From the NCBI GenBank assembly GCA_964035575.1, contig OZ037840.1:1674001-1738000 (forward strand): DNA of 64,000 nt, in the 5' to 3' direction. Shown piece after piece: positions 10,141 to 21,205 of this stretch. This DNA comes from Rhynchopus sp. YZ270_cl-10. Taxonomy: Eukaryota. Position 1 is the first letter of the stretch, and every line of letters starts with the position of its first letter. Under the pieces are notes generated by a model. It ran no database searches, was not told where the DNA came from, and was given only the letters and a program-made list of their open reading frames with translations. The translations under genes and the position numbers were made by a program.

Positions 10141-11547
10141 CAGGCCTTTTGCTAACCATCATGCCATCATGCCACGTTTTTGGGCGTTTTTTATTTTTAT
10201 TTTCCATCATGCCACCATCATGCCACGGGGGGTGGTGGGGCAAGGCTTTCGCTCTGCATCACCTGGGGATTTCCCGCCCAGATGGCATGATGGCATGATG
10301 GCATGATGGCATGATGGCATGATGGCATGATGGCATGATGGCATGATGGCATGATGGCATGATGGCATGATGGCATGATGGCATGATGGCATGATGGCAT
10401 GATGGCATGATGGCATGATGGCATGATGGCATGATGGCATGATGGCATGATGGCATGATGGCATGATGGCATGATGGCATGATGGCATGATGGCATGATG
10501 GCATGATGGCATGATGGCATGATGGCATGATGGCATGATGGCATGATGGCATGATGGCATGATGGCATGATGGCATGATGGCATGATGGCATGATGGCAT
10601 GATGGCATGATGGCATGATGGCATGATGGCATGATGGCATGATGGCATGATGGCATGATGGCATGATGGCATGATGGCATGATGGCATGATGGCATGATG
10701 GCATGATGGCATGATGGCATGATGGCATGATGGCATGATGGCATGATGGCATGATGGCATGATGGCATGATGGCATGATGGCATGATGGCATGATGGCAT
10801 GATGGCATGATGGCATGATGGCATGATGGCATGATGGCATGATGGCATGATGGCATGATGGCATGATGGCATGATGGCATGATGGCATGATGGCATGATG
10901 GCATGATGGCATGATGGCATGATGGCATGATGGCATGATGGCATGATGGCATGATGGCATGATGGCATGATGGCATGATGGCATGATGGCATGATGGCAT
11001 GATGGCATGATGGCATGATGGCATGATGGCATGATGGCATGATGGCATGATGGCATGATGGCACCTTAAAATTTTTCTGCTCGCTGCGCTCGCGGAGGTA
11101 TACCTAAAAAAAAAATTCCCGCTATTTTCTTCCTGCCTACGGTGCCATTTTACAATGTCTAAGGGGATTCCCTTGCATTTTGCAGCCAGAAATGAAACTT
11201 GACCCAAGCTGCAAAAATTTTACCATTGTTATTTCAAAGTGACCCAACCGTTGCAACAGCCCCTGCTTCTGGAAGACGTATTGATTTTGTACGGTTGGTG
11301 TACTTAAGGCGCAAGACCAAGCACCGTTAATAAAGGATTAGATTCCGTTTTTTTTTTTTTTTTGTTATCTCGCAAAGCTGACCCTTCGCCTCTCACCCTG
11401 GGCTGGCAGGGAGGCGCGCGCGAAGCGCGCGACGACCGCTTTCACCAAGTGGGAAAGCTCGGAATGTACTTTTTTTCCAGGAAATTATTTTTTTTTTTGA
11501 CCATCATGCCATTCAGGGGGAAAATCCCAAAGTTAGCAAAAGGCCTG
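10141..11547 (-). mobile_element. MITE family A, copy 2 (inverted relative to copy 1), 1407 bp
   Basis: Same 16-bp TIRs; 9-bp TSD GTCCTATAA (10132-10140, 11548-11556); body is the reverse complement of 584-1327 with scattered differences. Confidence 0.93.
10281..11062. repeat. (ATGATGGC)n 8-bp satellite inside MITE A copy 2, ~98 units
   Basis: Perfect tandem array; source of the spurious (MPSCHHAI)n ORFs. Confidence 0.98.
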
Positions 11548-12272
11548 GTCCTATAACGTCTTCTTCGCTTTCCTTTTCACTCACGACTCCCTCTCTGTTG
11601 ACAACTTCCCCCTGCCATGCCATGCCTCAAAAATAATCCAAAAATTCGGTCCAAAGCATTTTCCCATCGCCCCCTTGTCACCGTCGGGGTTCACACTTTG
11701 GCGAAAACCTGCTACAGGGACTCTGCGCTTACGACCCCTTCTCTCAATCATGCTCGTGTACTTTCTTCTTCTTTCGCTGTCGTTCCACAATGCGCCCTTT
11801 GGGGGACGCATTAGACTTCAGCAGTGAAGCTTTCGAGCCAGACGCCCCTATCACTCTAGCAGCGGATGCCCCCCAGTATGTTGGTTTCTTGTCCACACGT
11901 GGCATATTTAGGGGTAAAGTCCCCTTTTCATAGTGTAGCTGTTCTGGGGTGTGTGGGTCACCTTGTCCTTCACATTCCGCCCCTTCACGCGATCCTGCTC
12001 GGATTTGGGGTTCTGTCGTCTGCCCGCGATGGGACGATAGGATTTAGGGCTCTGGCAGTTTTTGGATCCTTAGGCTCTCTTTATTCTCTTTCCTCTTCCT
12101 CCCTCAATCGGCATCGCAGCCTGCTTCTCCTCAGCTGTGTGTTCCGCTGCTGCTCATGGAATTTACTGTGAATCAGGGTCAGATATGAGCATTAGGGTGC
12201 GCTCTACACGCACCCCACAAACCCACCACACATCCCAATAAAAGCTAGAAAACACCCCCCCCCTTCTCTACA

Positions 12273-13331
12273 ATGAACGTCCTTGTCACTGGAGGAGCTG
12301 GGTACATTGGGTCGCACACCTGCGTGGAGCTTCTTCAGCAGGGACACAATGTGGTGGTGGTGGACAACCTCGTGAACAGCTGTGCGGAGAGCCTCCGCCG
12401 GGTGCGGGAGCTTACTGGGAAGGAGGTGCGGTTTTCGAAGGTGGATCTGTGTGACGAGCTCGCATTGGACAATGTGTTCTTGGCGCACCCGAGGTTTGAT
12501 GCTGTTGTGCACTTTGCGGCGTTGAAGGCTGTTGGGGAGAGCATTGCGGAGCCTCTTTCGTACTACCAGAACAACATTGCGGGCACCTTAAGCCTGCTGC
12601 GCTGCATGGCGCGCCACGGCTGCAAGAACATCGTCTTCTCCTCCTCAGCCACAGTCTACGGCACCGCACCGAGCCCCTACTCCGAATCCTCACAGATCGG
12701 CGTCGGCGTCACCGCACCCTACGGACGGACCAAGGTCTGGACAGAAGACATCCTTCGCGACATCACAAACCCAAGCGCCTCATCCCCCTTTGGGTCCGGT
12801 TGGAAGGCCCTCCTCCTCCGTTACTTCAACCCCGTAGGAGCGCACCCCAGCGGTCGCATCGGTGACGACCCGTCAGGGGTTCCAAGCAATTTGATGCCCT
12901 TCATCTCTCAGGTCTGTGTAGGGCGTAGAGAGCATCTGACGATCTTTGGAAATGATTACGACACAAAGGATGGGACCTGTGAAAGAGATTACATTCACGT
13001 CGTGGATTTGGCGAAAGGGCACGTAGCAGCGGTGAACCATTTCGCAGAGATGTCCGGCGGGAGTTCCCAGGCAGTGAACCTCGGGTCGGGCAGTCCTACC
13101 TCGGTGTTGCAGCTGCTGCGTGCGATGGAGCGTGCGGTGGGGAAGCCAATCCCGTTTAAGTTCGGTCCCCGCCGTGAAGGCGACCTTGCCGCAAACCACG
13201 CAGACCCGGCGCTTGCACAAAAACTCTTTTCCTGGAAGACAGAAAAGACGATTGACGACATCTGCGTGGACACGTGGCGCTGGCAGTCCCAGAACCCTCT
13301 CGGTCTTGCGGGGGCAGGAGCGAAGATTTGA
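12273..13331 (+). CDS. galE: UDP-glucose 4-epimerase
   Basis: 352 aa; GGAGYIGSH, HFAALKAVGES, FSSSATVYG, YGRTK (YxxxK), LRYFNPVGAH, RDYIHVVDLAKGH. Confidence 0.96.
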   Translation: MNVLVTGGAGYIGSHTCVELLQQGHNVVVVDNLVNSCAESLRRVRELTGKEVRFSKVDLCDELALDNVFLAHPRFDAVVHFAALKAVGESIAEPLSYYQNNIAGTLSLLRCMARHGCKNIVFSSSATVYGTAPSPYSESSQIGVGVTAPYGRTKVWTEDILRDITNPSASSPFGSGWKALLLRYFNPVGAHPSGRIGDDPSGVPSNLMPFISQVCVGRREHLTIFGNDYDTKDGTCERDYIHVVDLAKGHVAAVNHFAEMSGGSSQAVNLGSGSPTSVLQLLRAMERAVGKPIPFKFGPRREGDLAANHADPALAQKLFSWKTEKTIDDICVDTWRWQSQNPLGLAGAGAKI

Positions 13332-13955
13332 GGAGGAAAAAAAAAGCGGATGTGTATTGCGTTTTCTTGTTCTAATGACTTTTTTTGGGGGGGCACAGAG
13401 AGAGCGAGTGGGTTACGCATTTTTAAATGCTTTCATCCGGATTGGCATCGTACGTGGGTCAGTCGGAGGTGCCTGCATCAATAACGACCATTTAATAAAA
13501 GAACATATTTTTTTTAAAAAGGGGGGAAGTCCGAAGAGGTATCTGGACCTCCAAAAAAAAAACGTTTTGTTTCTCTACTCGAGGGGGGGAAAAAAATGTC
13601 TCGCTGATTTTTTTTCCTGCCTTTTTTTCCCCCTCCTCCAACCTCCTTCACCCAGAGACTCATATCGGATATCTAACTGTTATTCGGTAAAATCCGGTCC
13701 GCCTGATCGTCCGTGATGCAACGTCATTAGCGAGTCTGAGCCTGGCATGACAAAGGACACTGTTGCCCCCCACCTATGTTCGCACCTGCTAAAAACAAAA
13801 AAACAAAACAAACAAACTTTCAAACCCTCCTCCTATGTCCTCCCCTGCTCCTCACCTGCAGTGATGATTTTGGGTTGTGTGGGTTGCTGTAGGTTTAGTT
13901 AACAGACACCTATACACGTGAGACGCATTCATCTATCAACTTTTCTTTATATCAG

Positions 13956-14125
13956 ATGTTAAACCACAAAATGGATTGTAGGACTGCATGGTTGGGTCCA
14001 CCCCACGGTACACCCGGTCATTTGTACCAAAGGTACACTGTTCATGAGAGGGCTTTTGTGTTTCAACTACTCTTTTTGGATCACGATACAATAGGAAATA
14101 GAAACGACGGGAGGGTGCGTGGCCC
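13956..14125 (+). repeat. Dispersed ~100-170 bp intergenic repeat (family R), long copy
   Basis: AAATGGATTGTAGGACTGCATGG..GTCCACCCC..GTACCAAAGGTACACTGT..GAGAGGG..TGT(A/G)TTTCAA; related copies near 15654, 24438, 24795, 42562, 45625, 50909, 53563, 60290 and 62884. Confidence 0.88.
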
Positions 14126-16203
14126 GCCAGCTTGTGTATTTTTTTTTCACTGTTTTCCATCACACAATAATTCAGCGGAGAAAAAAACACACAATCAAGC
14201 TTGCGGAGCGAACGAAAAAAAGAAGTTGTTTTTTCATTGTTTTCTTTTTCATCTCCTGAAGTTAGTTTCTATTTTTTTCTCTTTGTGAAATGGCTTCATC
14301 TTGCTTTCTCTTTCGCCCCTTCATTCATTAATGGTAAACGAAAAATAGTGTATTTATGTTATTCTAACGTGCTGTAATCGTGAAAATTATCGACCGTAAT
14401 AATGTTCTACCTTTTCAAGTTTTTTCTGGAAGACCTTTTTTTACGGTCGACAATTTTTTTACGATTGTGGTATAGTAAAAGCTTCGAACCACATAAAATA
14501 AGTAGTGTGAAACCGTGTTATACCCCTCGTGTGTTGACTTTATTGGAAAGCATCTGCGGAACAATACACCATGCCTTGTCAATAATCGACTACCACAAAA
14601 CCATACATTTGCGTTCACCACAAATGGAAAATAGTTGTGTCGTCACACCACCGTCCGATTTCAAAAAAAAAAAAAATAGGGGCAACAGTATTTGGAGTGT
14701 ACCATTGGTAAAGCAATTGGTATTTCAATGATATAGGTGAGTGACGACACCTCCCCTTTTTTTTGCCAGTTGTGTGCACGTTTAGGAAGGCAACTTCTTT
14801 CTTTAGCCCCGCAGACTCCATTTTTTCTTGGAGCTTCCAGGACCGTACATGCTCCGTTCCCTAAAAGGGAATGGTAATTTTATTTTTTTTACGCACACTA
14901 CTTGGTGAGCGGAAAGTGTCACGTCGTTCACTCACCCAACCGTGCTCCGCAACACCACCACCCAACAGGTGATTTTTAGTGTGTGTGGAAGCGTCGTTAG
15001 GGAACGACAAGTGACACTTTTTTTCATTTTTTTCTTCAAAAAAGCGTACTGTGTGCAATTCATCATCGCCCTTCCTCAAGGTGATATTGAGTACAATTTG
15101 CCACGGGGAAACACGCAACAAAAAAAAGCATCTTCTTCGAATCACCAAAAAGTTTTTATTTTTTCCTATTCTCCTTCACTGGGAGCAAGAGACTGTGCGG
15201 TGGTGCTATGGGAAATCGGTCAATGACCTGTCAGCGACCTGTCAACAACAGGGGGGTGTGCCCTTTTTTAAATTTACCATTGCATTTTGTGTGTGTGTTT
15301 TTTCCACCAAAATCGTAAGGGAAATTAAAAATGATAATCTCCCTACAAATGACCTGTCAATATCGACCCCCTCCGTACCAGACTGGGGTTTTTTTTTTGT
15401 GGTGTATTGTGTTTCAAAACCTTGTATTGTGTGTTTTACAATCTTATGTGGGGTGATCCGTAATGGGGAAGAAAAAAAAATGGCCCAATGTATGATCTGA
15501 TCGTTACTGAAGTGAAAAGTGCATTTGGTCAACCTGCGCTTGTCTTCTCGCTGTCGCCCTTCGACCCGATAAGTATTCCTCCCTGAGGGATTGAACTCAA
15601 AGATGTTTGTGTACAAGACACATTGATCTTTTTTTTGATAGTTTCTCGTTCAGGATGTAAACCACGAAATGGAGGTAGGACTGCATCCACCCCTGGTACA
15701 CCCCCGCGGTCATTGTACCAAGGTACAGGGTTTTGTATTTCAATTCAATGTTATGAACAAGAACCAAACATAAGGTGGGATCGATACTTCATGCAACCCT
15801 CTTTCACATTAGTGCTAAGAAAGTTGGGACCATTTTTTGCTCCCTCCTCCTGTGCTATCAATCCATTGAAATGCATGTATTGAAACACTGTTATTGCGGG
15901 AGTTCCATTTTCTTCCATGCACTCACCCCACTCCTACCCCTTGGCCGCCCTCTCGTCATTACCTGTGACGGAGTTGCTGTTATGGCAAACCCAAAAAAAG
16001 AGTGTAATTTTTTATTGATGAATTTGACACTGTTCTCACCAATTGTAATCATGCAGCAGAGACAGATATCGGTGCAAAGGATGATAGAGTAGAGGAGGCA
16101 CTCTTCACGGTCTAGGATCGCAACGTCTGTCCTTCTTCTTTTCTCCCACTTACCACTGCCCACGAAGGTTGAAACTGAGACTACACACAAGATATACACA
16201 AGG

Positions 16204-17970
16204 ATGATGCAGTATCTGAAGGGCGCAATCTCCTTGGACGGGACACTTGGCAAGAAGGAAACAGAGCGACGTACGCAGTTTATGATTTCCTGCGCAGCAT
16301 GTCTGGCCGGCACTACAGTAGGTTTCGTGACCACGATGCATTCGCAGATGACTGTATCGTTGGTGGGCACTGTGCTGATCTGGATTGGCTGCTTGATTGG
16401 GGTTGGTGCCGTGCTCTGCAAAGTTCCCTTGCACACGGGGATTGTTGTGTGCTCGCTCTACGCTGGTGCAACCGGCATTCTGCTGTGGGATTTCGATGCA
16501 CGTACCGTATCCGATGACCGCTGGGCCATTTTGGTCCTCGTTATCGACACATTGCTTGTGATGCGCGTACCGACGACGTACACCTTAGGTCTCGTGGGGT
16601 TTGTGGTGCTGTGGTTGGTGCTGCTTGGTGTTGAGGAGAGCTTCAGGTTTGGTCTGTACGAACTGCCCGGGTTGCCACCTCAGAAGGGTGAGTACGGCAG
16701 GGAGTACTATCACAGCCGGGCAGCCGAGTGTGGGGAGATGCCGTGTGCAGTACCTTTTCCTCCACGCGATATGATAACTGGTGTATCCGTCTTTCTGATT
16801 GACTTTATCATTACACGTGGTTTCGCACGTGAGGTGCTGAAGGAGCAGGCATCAATGGAGCGGACAATCAGCACTGTGCAGGAGATCGCCTCGCTCCTGG
16901 CAAGGTACGACGTGGAGAAGGTGGCGGAGCTGTTGGCAACACATGAACACGAGCTGCCTGAGGGGATGACGGTGGCACTGCGTTCGTTGGAGAAGAACCT
17001 GCGGTCGTACAAAGCGTACCTGCCACAGACGTGTTTGCTTGGGGATGAAGCAGTTGATGAAGACAGCGAAGAAGAGTGTATGACTGTGTCAGCGAGTGCT
17101 ACACAGGTGTCTGTTTCGTCATGTTCAACTGCAAGCACTCTTCATGAAACAATTGTGCGACACGTTGCTTTGGGGCTCACGTCTGTGAAGGCGACTCTGC
17201 TGACGGTGAACATCAAAGACACGTTGCGTCTGGTGGAGGACGACAGCGCACACTTCTCCTCCTTCTTCACAACTCTTCTTCTGAAGACGTTGCAAGCAAC
17301 AGAGTCATACCGTGGGATGGTGGACGTGTTCGTGGGGGACAGGGTGCACTGCTCGTTTAATACGTCAAGGCAATGTGCAAACCACGCCACCTCAGCACTG
17401 CACACAGCAGAGATGCTGTTCAGGGGGTTGAAGCTGTCGCAGGTGAACATCGGTGTTGCATCTGGGAAGGTGCTGCGTGGTGACATGGGGTGTGAAGTGA
17501 TGCGCCGCTTCAGCATGGTGGGTGCGCTTGTGCGTGACGTGCATGGGATGGAACGTGCAGGACGTATCCTTGGCTGTGACATGCTCTGCAACCGTATGTG
17601 CTTCAGCGATGCTGAATGCGAACACGAGATGCGCCTAATTCCGTGCAAGGTGGAAGTGTCTTCAGCCTCTGACACACCTGAGGTGGTTGCCGAGCTTCTG
17701 CTTGACAACGAACAAGCCGACCACGCGACTGAAGAATGGATGTACCAGATCGGGAAGAACAAGAAGTGGGAGAACTACAACACAACAGTGCGGAAGTACC
17801 TGAAAGGCGATGTGTCTGCAGCAGCGGTTGAAGAGGCTGCACAGGGTTGTCCTTGTGAACGGAGCCCGTTGAACGTGCATCCCTCGACAGTCAAGGGTGG
17901 GATTTTGAGTGTGGCCTGGTCACGACCACTGGAGGGCACAGGGGGATATGAAAATACAAACACTTACTGA
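16204..17970 (+). CDS. 6-TM pseudo-cyclase paralog 2
   Basis: 588 aa; same architecture and motifs as 7917-9686. Confidence 0.85.
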   Translation: MMQYLKGAISLDGTLGKKETERRTQFMISCAACLAGTTVGFVTTMHSQMTVSLVGTVLIWIGCLIGVGAVLCKVPLHTGIVVCSLYAGATGILLWDFDARTVSDDRWAILVLVIDTLLVMRVPTTYTLGLVGFVVLWLVLLGVEESFRFGLYELPGLPPQKGEYGREYYHSRAAECGEMPCAVPFPPRDMITGVSVFLIDFIITRGFAREVLKEQASMERTISTVQEIASLLARYDVEKVAELLATHEHELPEGMTVALRSLEKNLRSYKAYLPQTCLLGDEAVDEDSEEECMTVSASATQVSVSSCSTASTLHETIVRHVALGLTSVKATLLTVNIKDTLRLVEDDSAHFSSFFTTLLLKTLQATESYRGMVDVFVGDRVHCSFNTSRQCANHATSALHTAEMLFRGLKLSQVNIGVASGKVLRGDMGCEVMRRFSMVGALVRDVHGMERAGRILGCDMLCNRMCFSDAECEHEMRLIPCKVEVSSASDTPEVVAELLLDNEQADHATEEWMYQIGKNKKWENYNTTVRKYLKGDVSAAAVEEAAQGCPCERSPLNVHPSTVKGGILSVAWSRPLEGTGGYENTNTY

Positions 17971-18621
17971 ACTGGAGAAGCGTTATGAACGGCTGCAAGT
18001 ACCCTTCTGAGAAGTCTACAACGGCCTTACGGTCTACCAAGACGATACACATTGCGGCTAAAGCACATAGCTATGGGAGTTGTCTTTTACAAGCCTCCAA
18101 ACTCAAACTCGAACACGATTCCTCAAATATAAATGTCATCATTTCATAGTTTCGCCCAGAGCTTCGCAAATGATGCGACGTCTCTTTTTGTGCTCTTCTT
18201 TTATCGTCGCACGAGTATCAAACTTACTTCCTACCATATCCACCCGTCCTTGATCAGGACCCCATCCGCAAGCACGGGACAATACGGTCTTCCGTTGCAC
18301 CGCAACTGCATTCTTTGTCGAGACAATGTCCTCGGCACAATGCTCCTTGCAACGTCACTTGCATGCAACCCTCCGCCAGATGCTCACCATTCGAACTGCG
18401 TTGCGACGTCGTGCATGCGAGTGTCGTCCGCACTGTTCGAGGGTGCAGGCGTCCACCTCAGGAGTAGCCTCAGTAGGCTGTTGCGGCACCTATCCCCTGC
18501 ACCAGAATGGCATGCAGGACTGCCCTACCAGCAGCTAGACACAAGGTGGCAAGACAGTGGTGGTGTGTCTCACAAAGCTACTCAACAAACAGGCAGATAC
18601 ACATATTTACACACAACACAG

Positions 18622-20904
18622 ATGGGGTGGCTCGAAGGTGTGCTGTCGCTGGATGGGACACTGGACAAGAAGGAGCGCAAGAAGCGGACACTGTTCCTGT
18701 GCTTAGTGTTGTCAAGTGCAGTGTTTCCCGGCACGGCCGCACTCACCTACATGGGCACGGACCTGTCTGAGCGTTTGGTGCCGGTGTTGTCTTTACTTCT
18801 GCAGTGCTTCATGAGCTTGTGTCTGGTTATTTATATTCTCTGCAAAGGTCCGCTGACAGAGAGACTGGTGGTGTGTGCTTGTGGTGTGTTTTCGGTAACG
18901 ATGCTGGTGCTGGACCTGTCGGCACGAAGCACCTCGGGTTCATCGTGGCCGATGCTTGTGCTCGTTGTGGACTTGCTGCTTGTGATGCAGGTGCAGGAGC
19001 GCTTCGTCTCACTTCTCGTACTGTGCACGTTGTGCTACCTTGTGATCATAGTGGCTGAGGAGACCCTCAGGTTTGGACTCCTTGACTTACCTGGCCTGGT
19101 GCCGCAGGAGGGTGAACGGGGCAGGAGACATCTTTTGGAAAGTAAGGCCTCCTGTGCATCCCTGCCGTGCGCAATAAAGTTTGGAGAAAGTTTCCGAGCA
19201 TTTTTGCTTGCAGCAGCCGTCTTCGTTATAGACTTCATCGCAACACGAGGATTTGCACGTGACGTTCTGAAGGAGCAGGCATCAATAGAGCGGACGATCA
19301 ACGCTGTGCAGGAGATTGCAGCGCTGCTTGCGGGGTACGACGTGGAGCAGGTGGCGGAGCTGTTGGCAACACATGAACACGAGCTGCCTGAGGGGATGAC
19401 AGCTGCACTGCGGAGGTTGGAGGAGAACCTGCGGAAGTACCGTCCGTACCTCCCTGCTGCGCTGTTTGAGGTGGATGAGGACGGTGTGCAGCAGCCGACT
19501 GTGGCACCGCCTGGGCTTGACAGCGAGACAGCAACAATTGTGTTCACAGACATCCGTGCGTCGACTTCGATCTGGGAGAACGCACCTGAGGGGATGCGTG
19601 CTGGACTGCAGATCCACAACGCTGTGATGCGTGATGTGATGCGGATGTGTGGTGGGTACGAGGTGAAGACCATTGGCGACGCATTCATGATTGCCTTTGC
19701 ATCCACTTTCGACGGTGTGGCGTTTGGGTTGCGTGTGCAGGAACGTCTTTTCGAAGCAGACTGGCCCGCATCTCTGCTTGAGGATGCACCCATCTGTTCT
19801 CGTCAGGGGTCGCTGTGGGGTGGTCTAACTGTTCGCATTGGTGTGAACACTGGCCCTGTGACTGTGGAGCAGAACACACTGACGGGACGGACAGACTACT
19901 TTGGACACACAGTGAACGTTGCGTCACGCCTTGAGAGCACATGCACACCTGGTGCTGTGGCTGTTCCCTCTGACCTGTGGACGTCTGTCTCTGAGTCGTG
20001 CAGTGCTGTTGTTGGTGTACCAGAAGGAATTCACTTGAAGGGTGTGTCTGGGAGCACGCTGGTGTGCTGTGTGTGGCCTGTCTCACTTGGGGGACGCAGG
20101 GAAACACCACTTTGTGAGTCTTCTTTACCAACTGCGAATCTGACAATGAGTCTTTCCACATTCGCGCCGTCTGTTTCACACATAACCTTTGTGAGGACCA
20201 GAGGGCGAATGGAAACCACACCTTGCGAGTCTTCACTTTGCGAGTCTTCTTCGCAAAGTGCCAAACCGCATACGAGTCTTTCCATATGTGCGTCGTCTGT
20301 TTCATCCAGAAACAACCTTGCAGTCTCCACACGTCAGACCACCGGCACACTGGGAATTGCACAGCTTGCAGTTGGTGACATGGGAAAAAACATTGCCTTT
20401 CACCAGATGAGCTCCGGACTCACGACACTGACGATCGCACTGGAGCAGAGTGGAGGGAGTCTGGTGACGCTGCTTGGGAACTGTGTGTGTGTCGGGTGGA
20501 ACGTGTCGCGTTCTGCACCTGCACACATGGAGAACGCGATACGGTTTGTGCAGCGCATGTCTGTGAAGTCTGCACTGAACGGGGCTGGTCTTTCAAGCGG
20601 TCCTGTTCAACACGGGGATGTTGGTGCACGGAGCCAGCGCTTTGTGACTGTGATGGGGGATGTTGTGCGTCGGAGTTGGGCGCTGTGCGAGGAGGCTGTG
20701 CGTGACGGGGTTGTGTGTCTGTACGAGCCTCCTGAAGGGACAACACTGCCGTGTGCACTTGAAGACGTTCTCATGCAACACAAGGGTTGTTACCGGGTGC
20801 TTGAGGCACAGGACAACAGGGAATGCGACAGTTTTCAGGATATGGGTGGTTCAGTGACTCCGCAGAACCGACACCTTTGGTGTGTCTCAACCAAAACCAA
20901 ATAG
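18622..20904 (+). CDS. ~6-TM adenylate cyclase: intact class III catalytic domain followed by a second, degenerate cyclase domain (~760 aa)
   Basis: TIVFTDIRAST, YEVKTIGDAFM, VRIGVNTG, DYFGHTVNVASRLES show both metal-binding Asp, the ATP-specifying Lys/Asp and the Asn/Arg pair. Start placed at MGWLEG by comparison with paralogs; the ORF track extends it to 18133. Confidence 0.9.
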   Translation: MGWLEGVLSLDGTLDKKERKKRTLFLCLVLSSAVFPGTAALTYMGTDLSERLVPVLSLLLQCFMSLCLVIYILCKGPLTERLVVCACGVFSVTMLVLDLSARSTSGSSWPMLVLVVDLLLVMQVQERFVSLLVLCTLCYLVIIVAEETLRFGLLDLPGLVPQEGERGRRHLLESKASCASLPCAIKFGESFRAFLLAAAVFVIDFIATRGFARDVLKEQASIERTINAVQEIAALLAGYDVEQVAELLATHEHELPEGMTAALRRLEENLRKYRPYLPAALFEVDEDGVQQPTVAPPGLDSETATIVFTDIRASTSIWENAPEGMRAGLQIHNAVMRDVMRMCGGYEVKTIGDAFMIAFASTFDGVAFGLRVQERLFEADWPASLLEDAPICSRQGSLWGGLTVRIGVNTGPVTVEQNTLTGRTDYFGHTVNVASRLESTCTPGAVAVPSDLWTSVSESCSAVVGVPEGIHLKGVSGSTLVCCVWPVSLGGRRETPLCESSLPTANLTMSLSTFAPSVSHITFVRTRGRMETTPCESSLCESSSQSAKPHTSLSICASSVSSRNNLAVSTRQTTGTLGIAQLAVGDMGKNIAFHQMSSGLTTLTIALEQSGGSLVTLLGNCVCVGWNVSRSAPAHMENAIRFVQRMSVKSALNGAGLSSGPVQHGDVGARSQRFVTVMGDVVRRSWALCEEAVRDGVVCLYEPPEGTTLPCALEDVLMQHKGCYRVLEAQDNRECDSFQDMGGSVTPQNRHLWCVSTKTK

Positions 20905-21205
20905 GGAAAACCCCCTCGCGTGGACAGAGTGTTCGCACTTTCCAACTTTTTAATAGAAATTGGAAAAATGTTCAGCCAACAATCATTGAACAATACTGAT
21001 ACAAAGCCGGTGGGGTTCACATTACCTCATCCACACACCTGCATTCTTTTCCAAGAAGTGCATGTTTTTGTCCCTTCAATATACACGTTCTGTGAACACC
21101 ACTGATTCCTTCATGATTGCTTGGGCACCCACTACTCACCTCACAACCTCCACAAAAGAAACAGCATACAAGACACACCATTGAATACTGACATCTTCAA
21201 AAACC

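Noticed and set aside
10207..11207. Long (MPSCHHAI)n ORFs, also 917..1210
   Set aside because: All three frames of one strand of the 8-bp satellite are stop-free; they lie inside a MITE.
584..11547. Composite transposon formed by the two inverted MITE A copies
   Set aside because: Each copy has its own distinct 9-bp TSD and the outer flanks do not match, indicating independent insertions.
18133..18621. 163-aa N-terminal extension of the cyclase (likewise starts at 27290 and 29696)
   Set aside because: Family homology begins at MGWLEG; the paralogous upstream region at 26950-27397 has indels that do not preserve this reading.
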